Below, in pieces: positions 53,766-63,928 of a stretch of 64,000 nucleotides of DNA. The notes beneath the pieces were generated by a model. That model worked only from the letters and a program-made list of their open reading frames with translations. It was not told the DNA's origin and ran no database searches. Within the stretch, counting starts at the first letter, position 1; the number at the start of each line of letters is the position of its first letter. Origin of the DNA: Ignavibacteriales bacterium (lineage in GTDB: Bacteria > Bacillota > Sulfobacillia > JABLXB01); assembly GCA_050260105.1 (NCBI GenBank), contig JBLNBR010000035.1:7224-71223 (forward strand). Reading direction: 5' to 3'. A program made the translations under genes and the position numbers.

Positions 53766-54569
53766 TCATCGGCCTCCAAGTCCGATAAACTTCTTGAAGC
53801 GCTCGAAAAAGCCTTCCTGCTCTTCAATGGACATGAACCGCACTTGCTCTCCGGCGATCCGCCTGGCCACGTTCCTGTAGGCCTCGCCAGCCCTGGAACT
53901 GGGGTGCAATACCGCCGGTTCGCCTCTATTCGTTGTGATCACTATGCTGTCGTCCTCGGGAACCACACCCAGGAGGTCGATGGACAGGATGTCGACGATG
54001 TCCTGGACATCCAGCATATCACCCTTCTTGACGAGGCGCGGCCTGATCCTGTTGATCACGAGCCGCGGAGAAGCGATTTCGGTCGCCTCCAGCAGGCCGA
54101 TGATCCTGTCCGCGTCGCGCACTGCTGAGACTTCGGGAGTGGTTATGATGATCGCCTCGTCGGCCCCGGCCACCGCGTTCTTGAAGCCCTGTTCGATTCC
54201 AGCGGGACAATCCACCAGCACGTAGTCGAAATCCTTCTTCAGCTCGTTCACGAGCTTCTTCATCTGCTCCGGTCTCACGGCGGTCTTGTCCTTGGTCTGG
54301 GCGGCGGGCAAGAGACACAGACCATCTATCCGTTTGTCCTTGATGAGGGCGTTCTTGAGCTTGCAGTAGCCCTCCACGACATCCACAAGGTCGTATACTA
54401 TCCGCTGCTCCAGCCCCATGACTACATCCAGGTTCCTGAGGCCTATGTCCGCGTCGATCATCGCCACTCTCTTTCCCAGACTGGCGAGAGCAGTCCCTAT
54501 ATTGGCTACGGCGGTCGTCTTTCCGACGCCCCCCTTGCCAGAAGTAATGACGTAACCCTCTCCCATCAC
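53766..54569 (-). CDS. minD: Septum site-determining ATPase MinD
   Basis: Deviant Walker A SGKGGVGKTT, full-length MinD similarity and a C-terminal amphipathic helix. Confidence 0.95.
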   Translation of the reverse strand: MMGEGYVITSGKGGVGKTTAVANIGTALASLGKRVAMIDADIGLRNLDVVMGLEQRIVYDLVDVVEGYCKLKNALIKDKRIDGLCLLPAAQTKDKTAVRPEQMKKLVNELKKDFDYVLVDCPAGIEQGFKNAVAGADEAIIITTPEVSAVRDADRIIGLLEATEIASPRLVINRIRPRLVKKGDMLDVQDIVDILSIDLLGVVPEDDSIVITTNRGEPAVLHPSSRAGEAYRNVARRIAGEQVRFMSIEEQEGFFERFKKFIGLGGR

Positions 54570-54581
54570 ACAACCTCCCCG

Positions 54582-55247
54582 TCAGCCTCCGGCGACCCAG
54601 GACATTGCCTCAACGATTATGCCGCCGTCTGAGAGCCTGGCCATTTCGGGCCGTCCGGGATTCGAGATCTCCTCTGGCGGCCTCGCTATGCGACCCGCGA
54701 TCCTGAGCTGCGTCGGGGCCAGCCTGAGAGCGGCCACGACGGCGCCCTCGTCTCCAGAAGCCCCCGCGTGGGCCACTCCGCGCAGCGAGCCGACCACGAT
54801 GATGTCTCCCGTGGCGACGATCTCCGATCCCGGGTTCGCGTCCCCGAGGACGACCACGTTGCCGTCATACCCGATCCTCTGCCCGGACCTGAGTGTCCTC
54901 CTGATGAGCAGGGTCTGCCTGCTTTCCGCCTCCTCCACGGCCTGTTTCGGCGCAGGAGCGCTCACGTACTCCACCTCCGCCGGCCTTGACGCGCTGTGGC
55001 CGTGAACCACCTTCTCCAGGTGGACACCGAACCTCTCGCTCATCATCTCTTCCAGATCCACGAGTTCCGCCGGCCCGAGGGTACGCGACCCCGTGTCGAG
55101 GATTACCCGGGAACCCTGGAAAAAAGACCCCGATTCCTCCAGGCGCTCCGCCAGTCTCTGTTTCAGTGCTTCGAACCCGATCTCTTCGTCCAGGACAACC
55201 AGTACGCCATCCCTGGTCCCCCTGAACGTGACCCCGTCCCGTTTCAC
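54582..55247 (-). CDS. minC: Septum site-determining protein MinC
   Basis: The C-terminal beta-helix pattern is RSGQRIGYDGNVVVLGDANPGSEIVATGDIIVVGSLRG. It is adjacent to minD. Confidence 0.85.
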   Translation of the reverse strand: MKRDGVTFRGTRDGVLVVLDEEIGFEALKQRLAERLEESGSFFQGSRVILDTGSRTLGPAELVDLEEMMSERFGVHLEKVVHGHSASRPAEVEYVSAPAPKQAVEEAESRQTLLIRRTLRSGQRIGYDGNVVVLGDANPGSEIVATGDIIVVGSLRGVAHAGASGDEGAVVAALRLAPTQLRIAGRIARPPEEISNPGRPEMARLSDGGIIVEAMSWVAGG

Positions 55248-55339
55248 TCAGGCGCCTCCTTGCTACGGTAGCCTGATTCTCGCCCCGAACTGCAAATCCT
55301 TCATCAAGTGCCAGAATACTCCAGGGCTCCGGCCATTGT

Positions 55340-57193
55340 TCAGGGGTTTGACTCAGGGCTGACGCCGGCTTCGCCGTCGCCCTCAGGCGTCAGGTTGAAG
55401 TACGCCTCGAAAGCCGCCTTGGCCACGGGGGCGGCGGACGTTCCGCCGTGGCCGCCGTGTTCTATGACCACCGCGATCGCTATTTCCGGCGCCTCCACCG
55501 GGGCGTACGCGACGAACCAGGCGTGGTCGGCGCCGCGCGGGTTCTCGGCAGTGCCCGTCTTCGCCGCGACCTTCACCGGGAACTGATAGAATGTCGCGCT
55601 CGCGGTGCCGCCGGGCTGCGTCACCAGCCACATACCTTGCCTCACGGCGTCCAGGGTTTCCCTGGAGGCGCCGAGTACGCCCGCGACCTCGGGTTCGGCC
55701 TCCCTTACGACCTTGCCTTCCGGGTCCGTCACCCTCTTGAGGAGGTGCGGCGTGTACCTCGTCCCCCCGTTGGCGATCGTGGCCACGTAGTTCGCCATCT
55801 GGACAGGGGTGTACATGTGGAAAACCTGCCCCATCCCGGCCATCATGCTTTCCGCCATGAGTACGTCCGGCTCGGTGACGAGCTTGCGGGAATACGCCTG
55901 CCGCTTCCACTCAGTCGTAGGTATCAGTCCGGAAGCCTCGCCGGGCAGCTCGATGCCGGTGGGGGAACCAAGGCCCAGGCGTCTTCCGTACTTCGCGATC
56001 AGGTCCACGCCGAGTCTCCTGCCCATTTCGTAGAAGAAGACGTTGCAGGAGACCTGGATTGCCTGCTGCAAGCCGATCGCGCCGTGGCCGGATCTGTTCC
56101 AGCACGGAAGCGTCGGGACCAGCCAGTGGTGTCCGGGATCGGACACCTTCTCGGAGAGCGTGACCTTGCCCTCCTCCAGAGCAGCGATGGCTGTCACCAT
56201 CTTGAACGACGACCCGGGCGGATACTGGCCCGCAATGGCCAGATTGTTGAGGGCTCTCAGTCTGTAGAGATCCTCCAGTTGAGCGGGTGTTATCCCGTGC
56301 GCAAAGGCGTTGGGATCGAACGCGGGACGGCTGGCCATCGCAAGTACCTCGCCGTTCCTGACGTCGATGGCGACCGCCGCGCCCGCCCTGACCTCGGGAT
56401 CGGCCTTGGAGAGCTCCGCGATCTGCCTGTCGAGGGCCTCTTCGATAGCGTTCTGCATCTCCAGATCGAGCGTGAGGTGGACGTTGTTCCCCGCTGTGGG
56501 ATCGATCCTTCCGAGGTCCTTGCTGAACCTGCCCCTGGCGTCAACCTCGACCTGTTTACCGCCGTTTTTCCCGCGGAGATCCCTTTCGAAGGCGGACTCG
56601 AGGCCGTACTGGCCGATGATGTCTCCCATGCGATAGTCACTGAACCTGGGTGAACTGAGCTGTTCCTGAGAGATCTCGTGCACGTAGCCAAGGACGTGTG
56701 ACGCAACGACGCCGTTCGGGTAGTCCCTGACCGGCTCGACCTCCACCACGACTCCGGGTAGATCCGCCCTGTGTTCCTCGATCGCCGTGTAAACCTCGGG
56801 ACTGATGTCGCTGACTATCTTCACGGGCTCATACAACCGGTCCTTATGATCGTTCACCTTCTTCTCGATCTTGGACGGGTCCATGCCAAGCACGGCCGCC
56901 AGGTTCGCCACGGTGGCCTTTATCCGCGATGGGTCCATCACGAAGAGTGAGACGGAGAAAGCGGGACGACTGGTGGCCAGTATGACGCCGTTGCGATCGT
57001 ACATTACGCCTCTTGGAGCGGTGATGGAAACGAGCCTGAGGCGGTTGCCCCGCGCCAGGTCTTCGTATTCCTGTCCCCGGACGACCTGCAAACGCCCGAT
57101 CTGCACCCCAATCGCAAGGAATGCCAGCACCAGGACAAGGAAGAAGGCGATGATCCGCTTTTTCATCAAGTCCCCGATACCGTCAGTGGGCAT
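55340..57193 (-). CDS. mrdA: Penicillin-binding protein 2 (elongasome transpeptidase)
   Basis: The PBP dimerisation domain is followed by a transpeptidase domain with SSFK (SxxK), SCN and KTGTA motifs. The start could be the ATG at 57166. Confidence 0.9.
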   Translation of the reverse strand: MPTDGIGDLMKKRIIAFFLVLVLAFLAIGVQIGRLQVVRGQEYEDLARGNRLRLVSITAPRGVMYDRNGVILATSRPAFSVSLFVMDPSRIKATVANLAAVLGMDPSKIEKKVNDHKDRLYEPVKIVSDISPEVYTAIEEHRADLPGVVVEVEPVRDYPNGVVASHVLGYVHEISQEQLSSPRFSDYRMGDIIGQYGLESAFERDLRGKNGGKQVEVDARGRFSKDLGRIDPTAGNNVHLTLDLEMQNAIEEALDRQIAELSKADPEVRAGAAVAIDVRNGEVLAMASRPAFDPNAFAHGITPAQLEDLYRLRALNNLAIAGQYPPGSSFKMVTAIAALEEGKVTLSEKVSDPGHHWLVPTLPCWNRSGHGAIGLQQAIQVSCNVFFYEMGRRLGVDLIAKYGRRLGLGSPTGIELPGEASGLIPTTEWKRQAYSRKLVTEPDVLMAESMMAGMGQVFHMYTPVQMANYVATIANGGTRYTPHLLKRVTDPEGKVVREAEPEVAGVLGASRETLDAVRQGMWLVTQPGGTASATFYQFPVKVAAKTGTAENPRGADHAWFVAYAPVEAPEIAIAVVIEHGGHGGTSAAPVAKAAFEAYFNLTPEGDGEAGVSPESNP

Positions 57194-57196
57194 TGT

Positions 57197-57691
57197 TCAT
57201 ACCTTCCCCTGCACGGCGGGCTTCCTCGAGCACAGGCGAGAAAGGAACATGAAGGCCAGGGGGCCGAGGACGGCGTTATAGACGCCCGCGGTGACCACGA
57301 GCATCTGCCTGTGGAGCACAAATGCGCCGGCGCCCGCCGTTTTCAGGATGATGAGCGCAGCCAGATCGTCAACGAACGTCACGCCGAACCCCACGAGGAA
57401 CGGGACCACGAGGGCATCGGGAATCACCCGTTTCCCCAGGTAACCCGCCGCAAGGCCGCCTGCGGCCTTCGATAGGGCGTGCAGCCCGACGTACCTGCTG
57501 AACGATAGGTCCTGAAGCAGTCCCACGAAGAACCCCGTGGCGGCGCCCGTTTCCGGTCCCATCAGCAGGCCGGCGAAGGCGGCGAGTAGCAGGGGCAGGT
57601 CTGGAACGGCGTTGAGCGGGCCGAAGCGCCCCGCCAGCAACACCTGGAGCACCCACGCAAGGGGTATCGCCACGAACGGCCAGGCCCTCAT
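57197..57691 (-). CDS. mreD: Rod shape-determining protein MreD
   Basis: 164-aa polytopic protein placed between mreC and pbp2. An ATGA-type overlap couples it to mreC. Confidence 0.8.
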   Translation of the reverse strand: MRAWPFVAIPLAWVLQVLLAGRFGPLNAVPDLPLLLAAFAGLLMGPETGAATGFFVGLLQDLSFSRYVGLHALSKAAGGLAAGYLGKRVIPDALVVPFLVGFGVTFVDDLAALIILKTAGAGAFVLHRQMLVVTAGVYNAVLGPLAFMFLSRLCSRKPAVQGKV

Positions 57692-58509
57692 CGCGGTCTC
57701 TCTCCCGAAGGGGGCCGCATGATGAGCGCTTCCTCTATCCTGCCGAAGTCGCTGGCCGGCCGGACCAGGGCGGACTTGATCAACCCGTACTCCTCTCGCT
57801 CGACCCGTTCGACGTAGCCAACCAGGAGCCCGTTCGGATAGATGCTACCGAGGCCGGAAGTCACGATAGCGTCGCCCTCCCGGACATCCGCGTCCCTGGA
57901 AAACATGGTCATCTTCAGCAGGTTGTCAGGCCTGCCACCTGACACGATCCCCGCGTCCCTCGACCTCTGTGCCAGGACACCCACGGACGAGTCGGTATCC
58001 AGGAGTAACATCACGGTGGATGTCGTCGGGGTGACCTTCACGGTGCGGCCGAGTAGGCCCGTGCTACTGAGCACCGGCCAGTTGTTTCCCACTCCGTCCC
58101 TCGAACCTCCGTCCACCGTTATGGTCGAAAACCAGTTGTCAGCGTTCCTTCCGACCACTTCCACAGGGATAAAAGAAAACGAAGGCCTTTCGGCGAAACC
58201 GGCCAGTGCTCTCAACCGGCGGTTCTCACTGAGGGCCTCCTCGAGCTGGATCCTGATCGAGTCTATCTCGCCTGTCCGTTTCCTGAGTTCCTCGTTTTCG
58301 GCCTTGAGCCTGCGGACATCGGCTACCCACGAACGGGCCGATCCGACCGATTCCGATATGCGGGACATCGCGGCCTGCAGGGGGAGAACCACGTCGTTCA
58401 TGAAGTTCTCCATGCCCGTGGTCGCGCCTCTTTCCCCAGACGTCAGGCCGGCCACCACCACAGTGACCACAACCAGGAGCGCCCCTAGGATCAGCCTACG
58501 CAATCCCAA
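57688..58509 (-). CDS. mreC: Rod shape-determining protein MreC
   Basis: An N-terminal TM segment, a coiled coil (ENEELRKR...ENRRLR) and a beta-barrel C-terminus with the GLGSIYPNGLLVG motif. Confidence 0.9.
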   Translation of the reverse strand: MGLRRLILGALLVVVTVVVAGLTSGERGATTGMENFMNDVVLPLQAAMSRISESVGSARSWVADVRRLKAENEELRKRTGEIDSIRIQLEEALSENRRLRALAGFAERPSFSFIPVEVVGRNADNWFSTITVDGGSRDGVGNNWPVLSSTGLLGRTVKVTPTTSTVMLLLDTDSSVGVLAQRSRDAGIVSGGRPDNLLKMTMFSRDADVREGDAIVTSGLGSIYPNGLLVGYVERVEREEYGLIKSALVRPASDFGRIEEALIMRPPSGERPR

Positions 58510-58538
58510 CCGGCGGTCCAGGGAGCATCACGCCCTTC

Positions 58539-59573
58539 TCATCTCAGCCCTTTGCTTATCGAGACGATTCGCCTGAGAGTCTCCACGTCCTCGACCGCTT
58601 TACTGGTACCCCTGACCACACATAGCAGCGGTTCCTCCGCAATGTGGACCGGCATCCCCGTATCCTCCGCTATGAGCCTGTCCAACCCGCGCAGCATGGA
58701 CCCGCCGCCCGCCATGACTATGCCCCTGTCCATGATGTCTGCGGCAAGTTCCGGCGGCGTCTTCTCCAGGGTGACCCGGATGGCTTCGAGGATCGCCGCC
58801 ACCGGCTCGGACAGGGCTTTCCTCGCCTCTTCAGCCGTGATTACTATCGTCTTCGGCAGCCCCGTGACGAGATCCCTGCCCCGGATCTCCATCGACTGGC
58901 CGTCATTCACGGGGTACGCCGAGCCTATCTCGATCTTGATCTCCTCCGCCGTCCGCTCCCCTATGGCAAGGTTATAGTTCTTCTTCACGTAGCTGATGAT
59001 CGCCTCGTCCATCTCGTCGCCGGCGATCCTTATCGAGCGGGATGTCACGATGCCGCGCAGGGAGATGACCGCAACCTCACACGTGCCCCCGCCGATGTCG
59101 ACGATCATGTTGCCCGTCGGTTCCGTGATGGGAAGTCCCGCCCCTATCGCCGCCGCCTTGGGTTCGTCGAGCGGGTAAGCCTCGCGGGCCCCCGCCTGTA
59201 GGCACGCTTCAATCACCGCGCGCCTCTCGACCTCGGTCACCCCCGTCGGCACGGATATCACTATTCGCGGCTTGAATACGCCCCTGGGGTTGGCCTTTCG
59301 AATGAAGTATTTCAGCATCGTCTGGGTCACGTCGAAATCGGCTATGACGCCGTCCTTCATCGGCCTGATCGCCACGACGTTACCCGGTGTCCGTCCGATC
59401 ATCTGCTTGGCCTCGTTCCCAACGGCCAGCAGTTCCCGCGTGTCCTTGTTCAGGGCGACCACGGAGGGCTCCTGGATGACTATGCCCTTCCCTTTCACAT
59501 GTACAACCGTGTTGGCCGTGCCAAGGTCGATCCCCATGTCGCGGGAGAAGTAGTTGTAGATGAAGTCGAACAT
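58539..59573 (-). CDS. mreB: Rod shape-determining actin homologue MreB
   Basis: Contains DLGTANT and DIGGGT. Full-length MreB pattern over 344 aa. Confidence 0.95.
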   Translation of the reverse strand: MFDFIYNYFSRDMGIDLGTANTVVHVKGKGIVIQEPSVVALNKDTRELLAVGNEAKQMIGRTPGNVVAIRPMKDGVIADFDVTQTMLKYFIRKANPRGVFKPRIVISVPTGVTEVERRAVIEACLQAGAREAYPLDEPKAAAIGAGLPITEPTGNMIVDIGGGTCEVAVISLRGIVTSRSIRIAGDEMDEAIISYVKKNYNLAIGERTAEEIKIEIGSAYPVNDGQSMEIRGRDLVTGLPKTIVITAEEARKALSEPVAAILEAIRVTLEKTPPELAADIMDRGIVMAGGGSMLRGLDRLIAEDTGMPVHIAEEPLLCVVRGTSKAVEDVETLRRIVSISKGLR

Positions 59574-59589
59574 GCCAATCCCCTTCCTG

Positions 59590-60363
59590 TCAGCGCCAGG
59601 CCAACCCGGCTTCCCTCAAGCTCACGAACCTTTCCTCGCCCACGACCACGTGATCGAGCACCTCGATGCCCAGGATCTGTCCGGCTTCGATCAGTCTCCT
59701 GGTGACGTTCACGTCCTCCGCGCTCGGATTTGGATCCCCGCTCGGGTGGTTGTGGGCCAGTATCACCGCGGCGGCGCTCTTCCTCACGGCCGGTTTGAAT
59801 ATCTCGCGGGGGTGCACTATGGATTCGTTGAGGCTCCCCACCGAGATCACTTCGACGCCGACCACCCGGTTCTTCGTGTTGAGCAACACCGTCCGGAACT
59901 GCTCCTTGTCCAGGTGTTTCATTTCTTTCACAAGGAGGTCGCCCACGTCGGAAGGGCACCTGATCGATGTCCTGGAGTGACCGGCCTCCGCCGCGGCGCG
60001 TTTCCCCAGTTCGAGCGCGGCCTTGACCTGCGCCGCCTTCGCGGGGCCCATTCCCCTGACACTGCAAATCTCCTCAACCGGCGCCTCCACCAGGTAGCCC
60101 AGCTCTCGACCGGGTCCGGCAGTCTCCCTACCCAGGCTGAGCAATTGCTGGGCAAGCCCCAGCGCTGTCTTGCCACCGCTTCCGGTTCTCAACGCCACCG
60201 CCAGGAGCTCCGCGGTCGAGAGCGCCTCCGGTCCCAGCCTGCATACCCTTTCCCTCGGCCTCTCGCCGTCCGGCAGGTCCTTCAACCGCACCAGGCGGTC
60301 GCGGACACGCCTTTGGAATTCCCTGGTTCCCCGTGTAACCAATGAAAGCCTCCATTCCGCCAC
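59590..60363 (-). CDS. radC: RadC-family JAB-domain protein (UPF0758)
   Basis: An N-terminal HhH-like segment ([15 protein letters not shown]) and the JAMM motif [14 protein letters not shown]. Confidence 0.85.
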   Translation of the reverse strand: MAEWRLSLVTRGTREFQRRVRDRLVRLKDLPDGERPRERVCRLGPEALSTAELLAVALRTGSGGKTALGLAQQLLSLGRETAGPGRELGYLVEAPVEEICSVRGMGPAKAAQVKAALELGKRAAAEAGHSRTSIRCPSDVGDLLVKEMKHLDKEQFRTVLLNTKNRVVGVEVISVGSLNESIVHPREIFKPAVRKSAAAVILAHNHPSGDPNPSAEDVNVTRRLIEAGQILGIEVLDHVVVGEERFVSLREAGLAWR

Positions 60364-60400
60364 CCCGGCGCCCTTCGCCGTCGCGGAACAGGGACAACCG

Positions 60401-60985
60401 TCATCTGATGCGCTCCAGGACGTTCACTCCGAACGACTTGAGGATCCTTGCCAGTCTGGGCAGAGGGAGCCCCACCACGTTGAAGTAGCAGCCTTCAATC
60501 CTCTCTACGATGACCGCGCCCAGACCCTGGACCCCGTACGCGCCGGCCTTGTCCACCGGCTCGCCGGATGCCACGTATGCGGCAATTTCGCCATCATCCA
60601 GAGACCTAAACCACACGCGGCTCTCTTCGTGTTCAACGACCCGTTTCCCGGTCCCTGCATCGACAACCGCCACACCGGTTATTACTGTATGTGACCTGCC
60701 GGACAGCCTCGCAAGCATCCTGCATGCGTCGTCGTGGTCCGACGGCTTGCCAAGTATGTCACCATCCACGGTAACGATGGTGTCAGCCCCGATGACCAGC
60801 CCGTCGTCCAACATGCCGGCCACAGCCAGGGCCTTGGCCAGAGCAAGCCGCTCCGCCACACGGGTGGGTTCACCTGATCCGGCCGGCTCGTCGGCAGGCC
60901 CCGGCATAACCGTGAATTCGAGGCCGATTTGCCTGAGAAGCGCAGCCCTCCTGGGTGATCTGGAGGCAAGAACGATCCGGTCCAT
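60401..60985 (-). CDS. maf: Maf-family nucleoside-triphosphate pyrophosphatase
   Basis: Contains VLASRSPRRAALL, GADT and GAYGVQG. Confidence 0.9.
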   Translation of the reverse strand: MDRIVLASRSPRRAALLRQIGLEFTVMPGPADEPAGSGEPTRVAERLALAKALAVAGMLDDGLVIGADTIVTVDGDILGKPSDHDDACRMLARLSGRSHTVITGVAVVDAGTGKRVVEHEESRVWFRSLDDGEIAAYVASGEPVDKAGAYGVQGLGAVIVERIEGCYFNVVGLPLPRLARILKSFGVNVLERIR

Positions 60986-60992
60986 TCCCCTG

Positions 60993-61244
60993 TCAGCGCC
61001 TGCCGAAATAGAGCATCATCGCCAGAATGATTCCAAGAGCAGTCCCGACGTTCGCCACGATCTTGACCCCGAAAGTGAGCGTGAGGACGATCAGGTCGAG
61101 CGTTACCGGCGGCTCCAATCCCCCCCCGATGGAAACGCCGAGCAGCGGCACATACCTGGACAGAATGTGACCGACTGCGCTTCCCGAAATCGCCCCGAAG
61201 AGCAGAATCAGGAATAGAATCCACGGGTTCTTGTCCCGCCGCAT
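60993..61244 (-). CDS. DUF4321-family small membrane protein
   Basis: 83 aa with 2 TM segments. Its position immediately upstream of maf is typical for this family in Firmicutes. The ATG at 61244 follows AAGGGGGCGGAG. Confidence 0.6.
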   Translation of the reverse strand: MRRDKNPWILFLILLFGAISGSAVGHILSRYVPLLGVSIGGGLEPPVTLDLIVLTLTFGVKIVANVGTALGIILAMMLYFGRR

Positions 61245-61358
61245 TTCTCCGCCCCCTTGACGGCCGATTGGCATCGCTAGACCGGTTCGCTAAATCATTC
61301 GTGCAAACGCTGGCTTTTCCTGTCGTATCTATCTCCCCATTTCCGCCCAGATATGCCA

Positions 61359-62468
61359 TCAGCTTCCTGGGCGCGAGGAAGTGACTTCGATCCCCTCGCG
61401 GGGCACCCCCGCCGTTGCCACGGTCCCGTCGCTCCTGACGGCCACCGCACTGAACCCTGTCGAATCCTGGAGAAACCTGAATCCCGCCTCCTCTCCCATG
61501 ACGAAGACGGCTGTGGACAGGGCGTCGCAATCCACTGATGAGGGCCCGATTATGGTAACGCTCTGGAATCCACGGGCTGGATAGCCGGTGGTGGGATCCA
61601 GAATATGGTGGTATCTCACGCCGCCGGATTCGAAGTACCTCTGGTAGTCCCCGGAGGTGACCACGCTTTCCCCGGACACCCTGGCCGTGGCGATCGTCTC
61701 TCCGGGTGTCCTCGGGTGCTGGATCCCAACGATCCAGGGGGCCGCTCCCAGTATCCCCGACGGCTTGACCCCCAGGGCGTATACGTTGCCCCCCGCGTCG
61801 ATCATGGCCGACTTCACACCGCTGGCCCGGAGCACCGCGACGGCCCGATCGGTCGCGTACCCCTTCGCAATCCCGCCGAGGTCCAGTCCCATTCCCTTCT
61901 CAACAAGGGCCACAGTGGAATTCGCGCGGTCGAGACGCACTTTCCGGTAGTCCACGAGCCTGACGGCATTATCCAGTTCCCGCCGTGAGGGTACGTGCGG
62001 CGCGCCGGCGAAATCCCACGCCTTCACCAGGGGAAATACCGTTGGATCGAACAGACCCCCGGTCCTCCCCGCGTACCACAGGGCCCGCTCGATCACCTCG
62101 AGTGTCTCCGGGCTCACCCTCACCGCCCCCGCCCCCGCCGAACGGTTGACGGCCGCCACTTCGCTGCTTTCAACGTACGGGTTGAGCAGGGCATCCAACC
62201 GCCGGAACTCAGCCAGGGCCGCCTCCGCCGCCTCCGCCGCGCCGGGCCCGTACGCACGCACTCGTATGAACGTGTCCATCGCGATGTCGGACTTCTCCAC
62301 GGGTCGCGATGTTCCCAGGAAGCCGCAACCGGCGACGCACAGCGCTCCCAGGAATGCAGCGGACAGGGCCGCCGCGGATACCCTGCGCCCGAGCGTCCGC
62401 CAACACAAAGGCTCCCTTGCGGGAGCCTTCACGGGGCGGCAGTCTCCGCCGTCACTTCCACCCACCAT
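61359..62468 (-). CDS. apbE: FAD:protein FMN transferase (ApbE), lipoprotein
   Basis: The lipobox is LCVAGCG. ApbE core segments are MDTFIRV, EVAAVN, LDLGGIAKGY and SVVTSGDYQRYF. An ATGA overlap couples it to the rnfB stop. The 474-aa track ORF is an out-of-frame N-terminal extension. Confidence 0.85.
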   Translation of the reverse strand: MVGGSDGGDCRPVKAPAREPLCWRTLGRRVSAAALSAAFLGALCVAGCGFLGTSRPVEKSDIAMDTFIRVRAYGPGAAEAAEAALAEFRRLDALLNPYVESSEVAAVNRSAGAGAVRVSPETLEVIERALWYAGRTGGLFDPTVFPLVKAWDFAGAPHVPSRRELDNAVRLVDYRKVRLDRANSTVALVEKGMGLDLGGIAKGYATDRAVAVLRASGVKSAMIDAGGNVYALGVKPSGILGAAPWIVGIQHPRTPGETIATARVSGESVVTSGDYQRYFESGGVRYHHILDPTTGYPARGFQSVTIIGPSSVDCDALSTAVFVMGEEAGFRFLQDSTGFSAVAVRSDGTVATAGVPREGIEVTSSRPGS

Positions 62469-63286
62469 CAGCTGGCGGCCTTCTTCCCGCACGCGAGCGC
62501 CCGGAGGTCCACCACGGCCTTCGTGGGGCACTTCTCCACGCAGGCGCCGCAGGCAATACACTTCGAATAGTCTCTCCTCGAAAGGTTGTTGTCCACACAC
62601 ACGGCCCCCGCCGGGCACGCCTTCACGCACAGGCGGCAAGCTATGCAGCCGATCTTGCACGCCTTCCGCGTGACGGCGCCGGTGGCGGTGCTGTGACACG
62701 CGACGTACACGGGCTTCGACTGGGGGATGACCTCGATGATGCCCCTTGGGCAAGCCTTCACACAGTTGCCGCAGGCCACGCACTTCTCCTCATCGACCAC
62801 CGGCATACCTTCGGGCGACATCTGTATCGCGCCGAACTGGCATGCTTTCACGCAATCGCCGAGTCCCAGGCACCCGTATTCGCACGACCTGAACCCGCCT
62901 CCAGCCAGCATCGCGGCCTTGCATGTCTTGATTCCCCTGTACGTGGCGCGATTCCCGCAGGTACCGCCGCCGTGGCACATCAGGCGAGCCACCAATCTAT
63001 CGCCCTTCGTGTCGACGGCCATTCCCAGGATCTCTCCGATCCTTGCCGCGGCTGACGGCCCGCCCGGCTTGCACGCATCGGCCGGGGCCTTACCGGACAC
63101 CACCGCTTCCGCGTAACCGTCGCAGCCGGGATATCCGCAACCCCCGCAGTTCGCCCCCGGCAGACAGTTGCGTACCTGGGTAACCCTGGGGTCCACCTCG
63201 ACGTGGAACTTCTTCCCCGCGAAACCCAGCAGCAGGCCGAAAGCCGCTCCAATGACGGCCATCACTACTATTGCGTATGTCAACAT
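62468..63286 (-). CDS. rnfB: Rnf electron-transport complex subunit B (polyferredoxin)
   Basis: An N-terminal TM segment, the CGGCGYPGC motif, then several CxxCxxCxxxCP 4Fe-4S motifs. Confidence 0.9.
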   Translation of the reverse strand: MLTYAIVVMAVIGAAFGLLLGFAGKKFHVEVDPRVTQVRNCLPGANCGGCGYPGCDGYAEAVVSGKAPADACKPGGPSAAARIGEILGMAVDTKGDRLVARLMCHGGGTCGNRATYRGIKTCKAAMLAGGGFRSCEYGCLGLGDCVKACQFGAIQMSPEGMPVVDEEKCVACGNCVKACPRGIIEVIPQSKPVYVACHSTATGAVTRKACKIGCIACRLCVKACPAGAVCVDNNLSRRDYSKCIACGACVEKCPTKAVVDLRALACGKKAAS

Positions 63287-63306
63287 CGTTTATCCCCCCA
63301 GGGCCC

Positions 63307-63927
63307 TTACAGGCCGAAGAGTCCGGTGAAGCCCGTGAACGCCAGGGACATGAGCGCGGACGTCACGAACGCCATCGGGTAACCCTTCAACGGCGCCGGA
63401 ACCGGTGCGAAGTCGACCCTTTCCCTGATTGCGGCGAAGATGATCAGCGCCACGCTGTATCCGAGGGCCACTCCCAGCGTGTAAACCCACGCCTCCGGCA
63501 GGGTATAGCCGTAATCGATGCTCATTTTCAGGAACCCCGGCTTCGCCACCTCTGTGGCTGCCGCCAGCACCGCGCAGTTGGTCGTGATGAGCGGGAGATA
63601 GATGCCCATAGCCTTGTACAGCGTGGGGGCCGTCTTCCGGATGAACATCTCTTCCAGCTGCACGAACGACGCAATCACGAATATAAACACCGGGATGTAC
63701 AGGAATTCGCCGATCCCAAGCGGCGCCAGCACGTAGTTCCACAGGCCCCACGACAGCGTGCTGGAGATCATCATGACGAAGATGACCGCCAGGCTCATGC
63801 CGACGGACGTGTCCATCGAGGACGATATCCCGAAATACGAACACAGAGCGATGAACCGTATCAACAGGATGTTGTACACGAGCAAGGCGCCGAAGAATAT
63901 CAGGAAGTATCTCTGCAATTCGCCCAT
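63307..63927 (-). CDS. rnfA: Rnf electron-transport complex subunit A
   Basis: GIYLPLITTNCAVL and the overall 6-TM RnfA/E pattern. Its position just before rnfB favours RnfA. The ATG at 63927 overlaps the upstream stop. Confidence 0.85.
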   Translation of the reverse strand: MGELQRYFLIFFGALLVYNILLIRFIALCSYFGISSSMDTSVGMSLAVIFVMMISSTLSWGLWNYVLAPLGIGEFLYIPVFIFVIASFVQLEEMFIRKTAPTLYKAMGIYLPLITTNCAVLAAATEVAKPGFLKMSIDYGYTLPEAWVYTLGVALGYSVALIIFAAIRERVDFAPVPAPLKGYPMAFVTSALMSLAFTGFTGLFGL

Positions 63928-63928
63928 C

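Noticed and set aside
62469-62783. N-terminal 105 aa of the 474-aa ORF 61359..62783.
   Set aside because: It overlaps rnfB in another frame. The ApbE signal peptide and lipobox begin right after the ATG at 62468.
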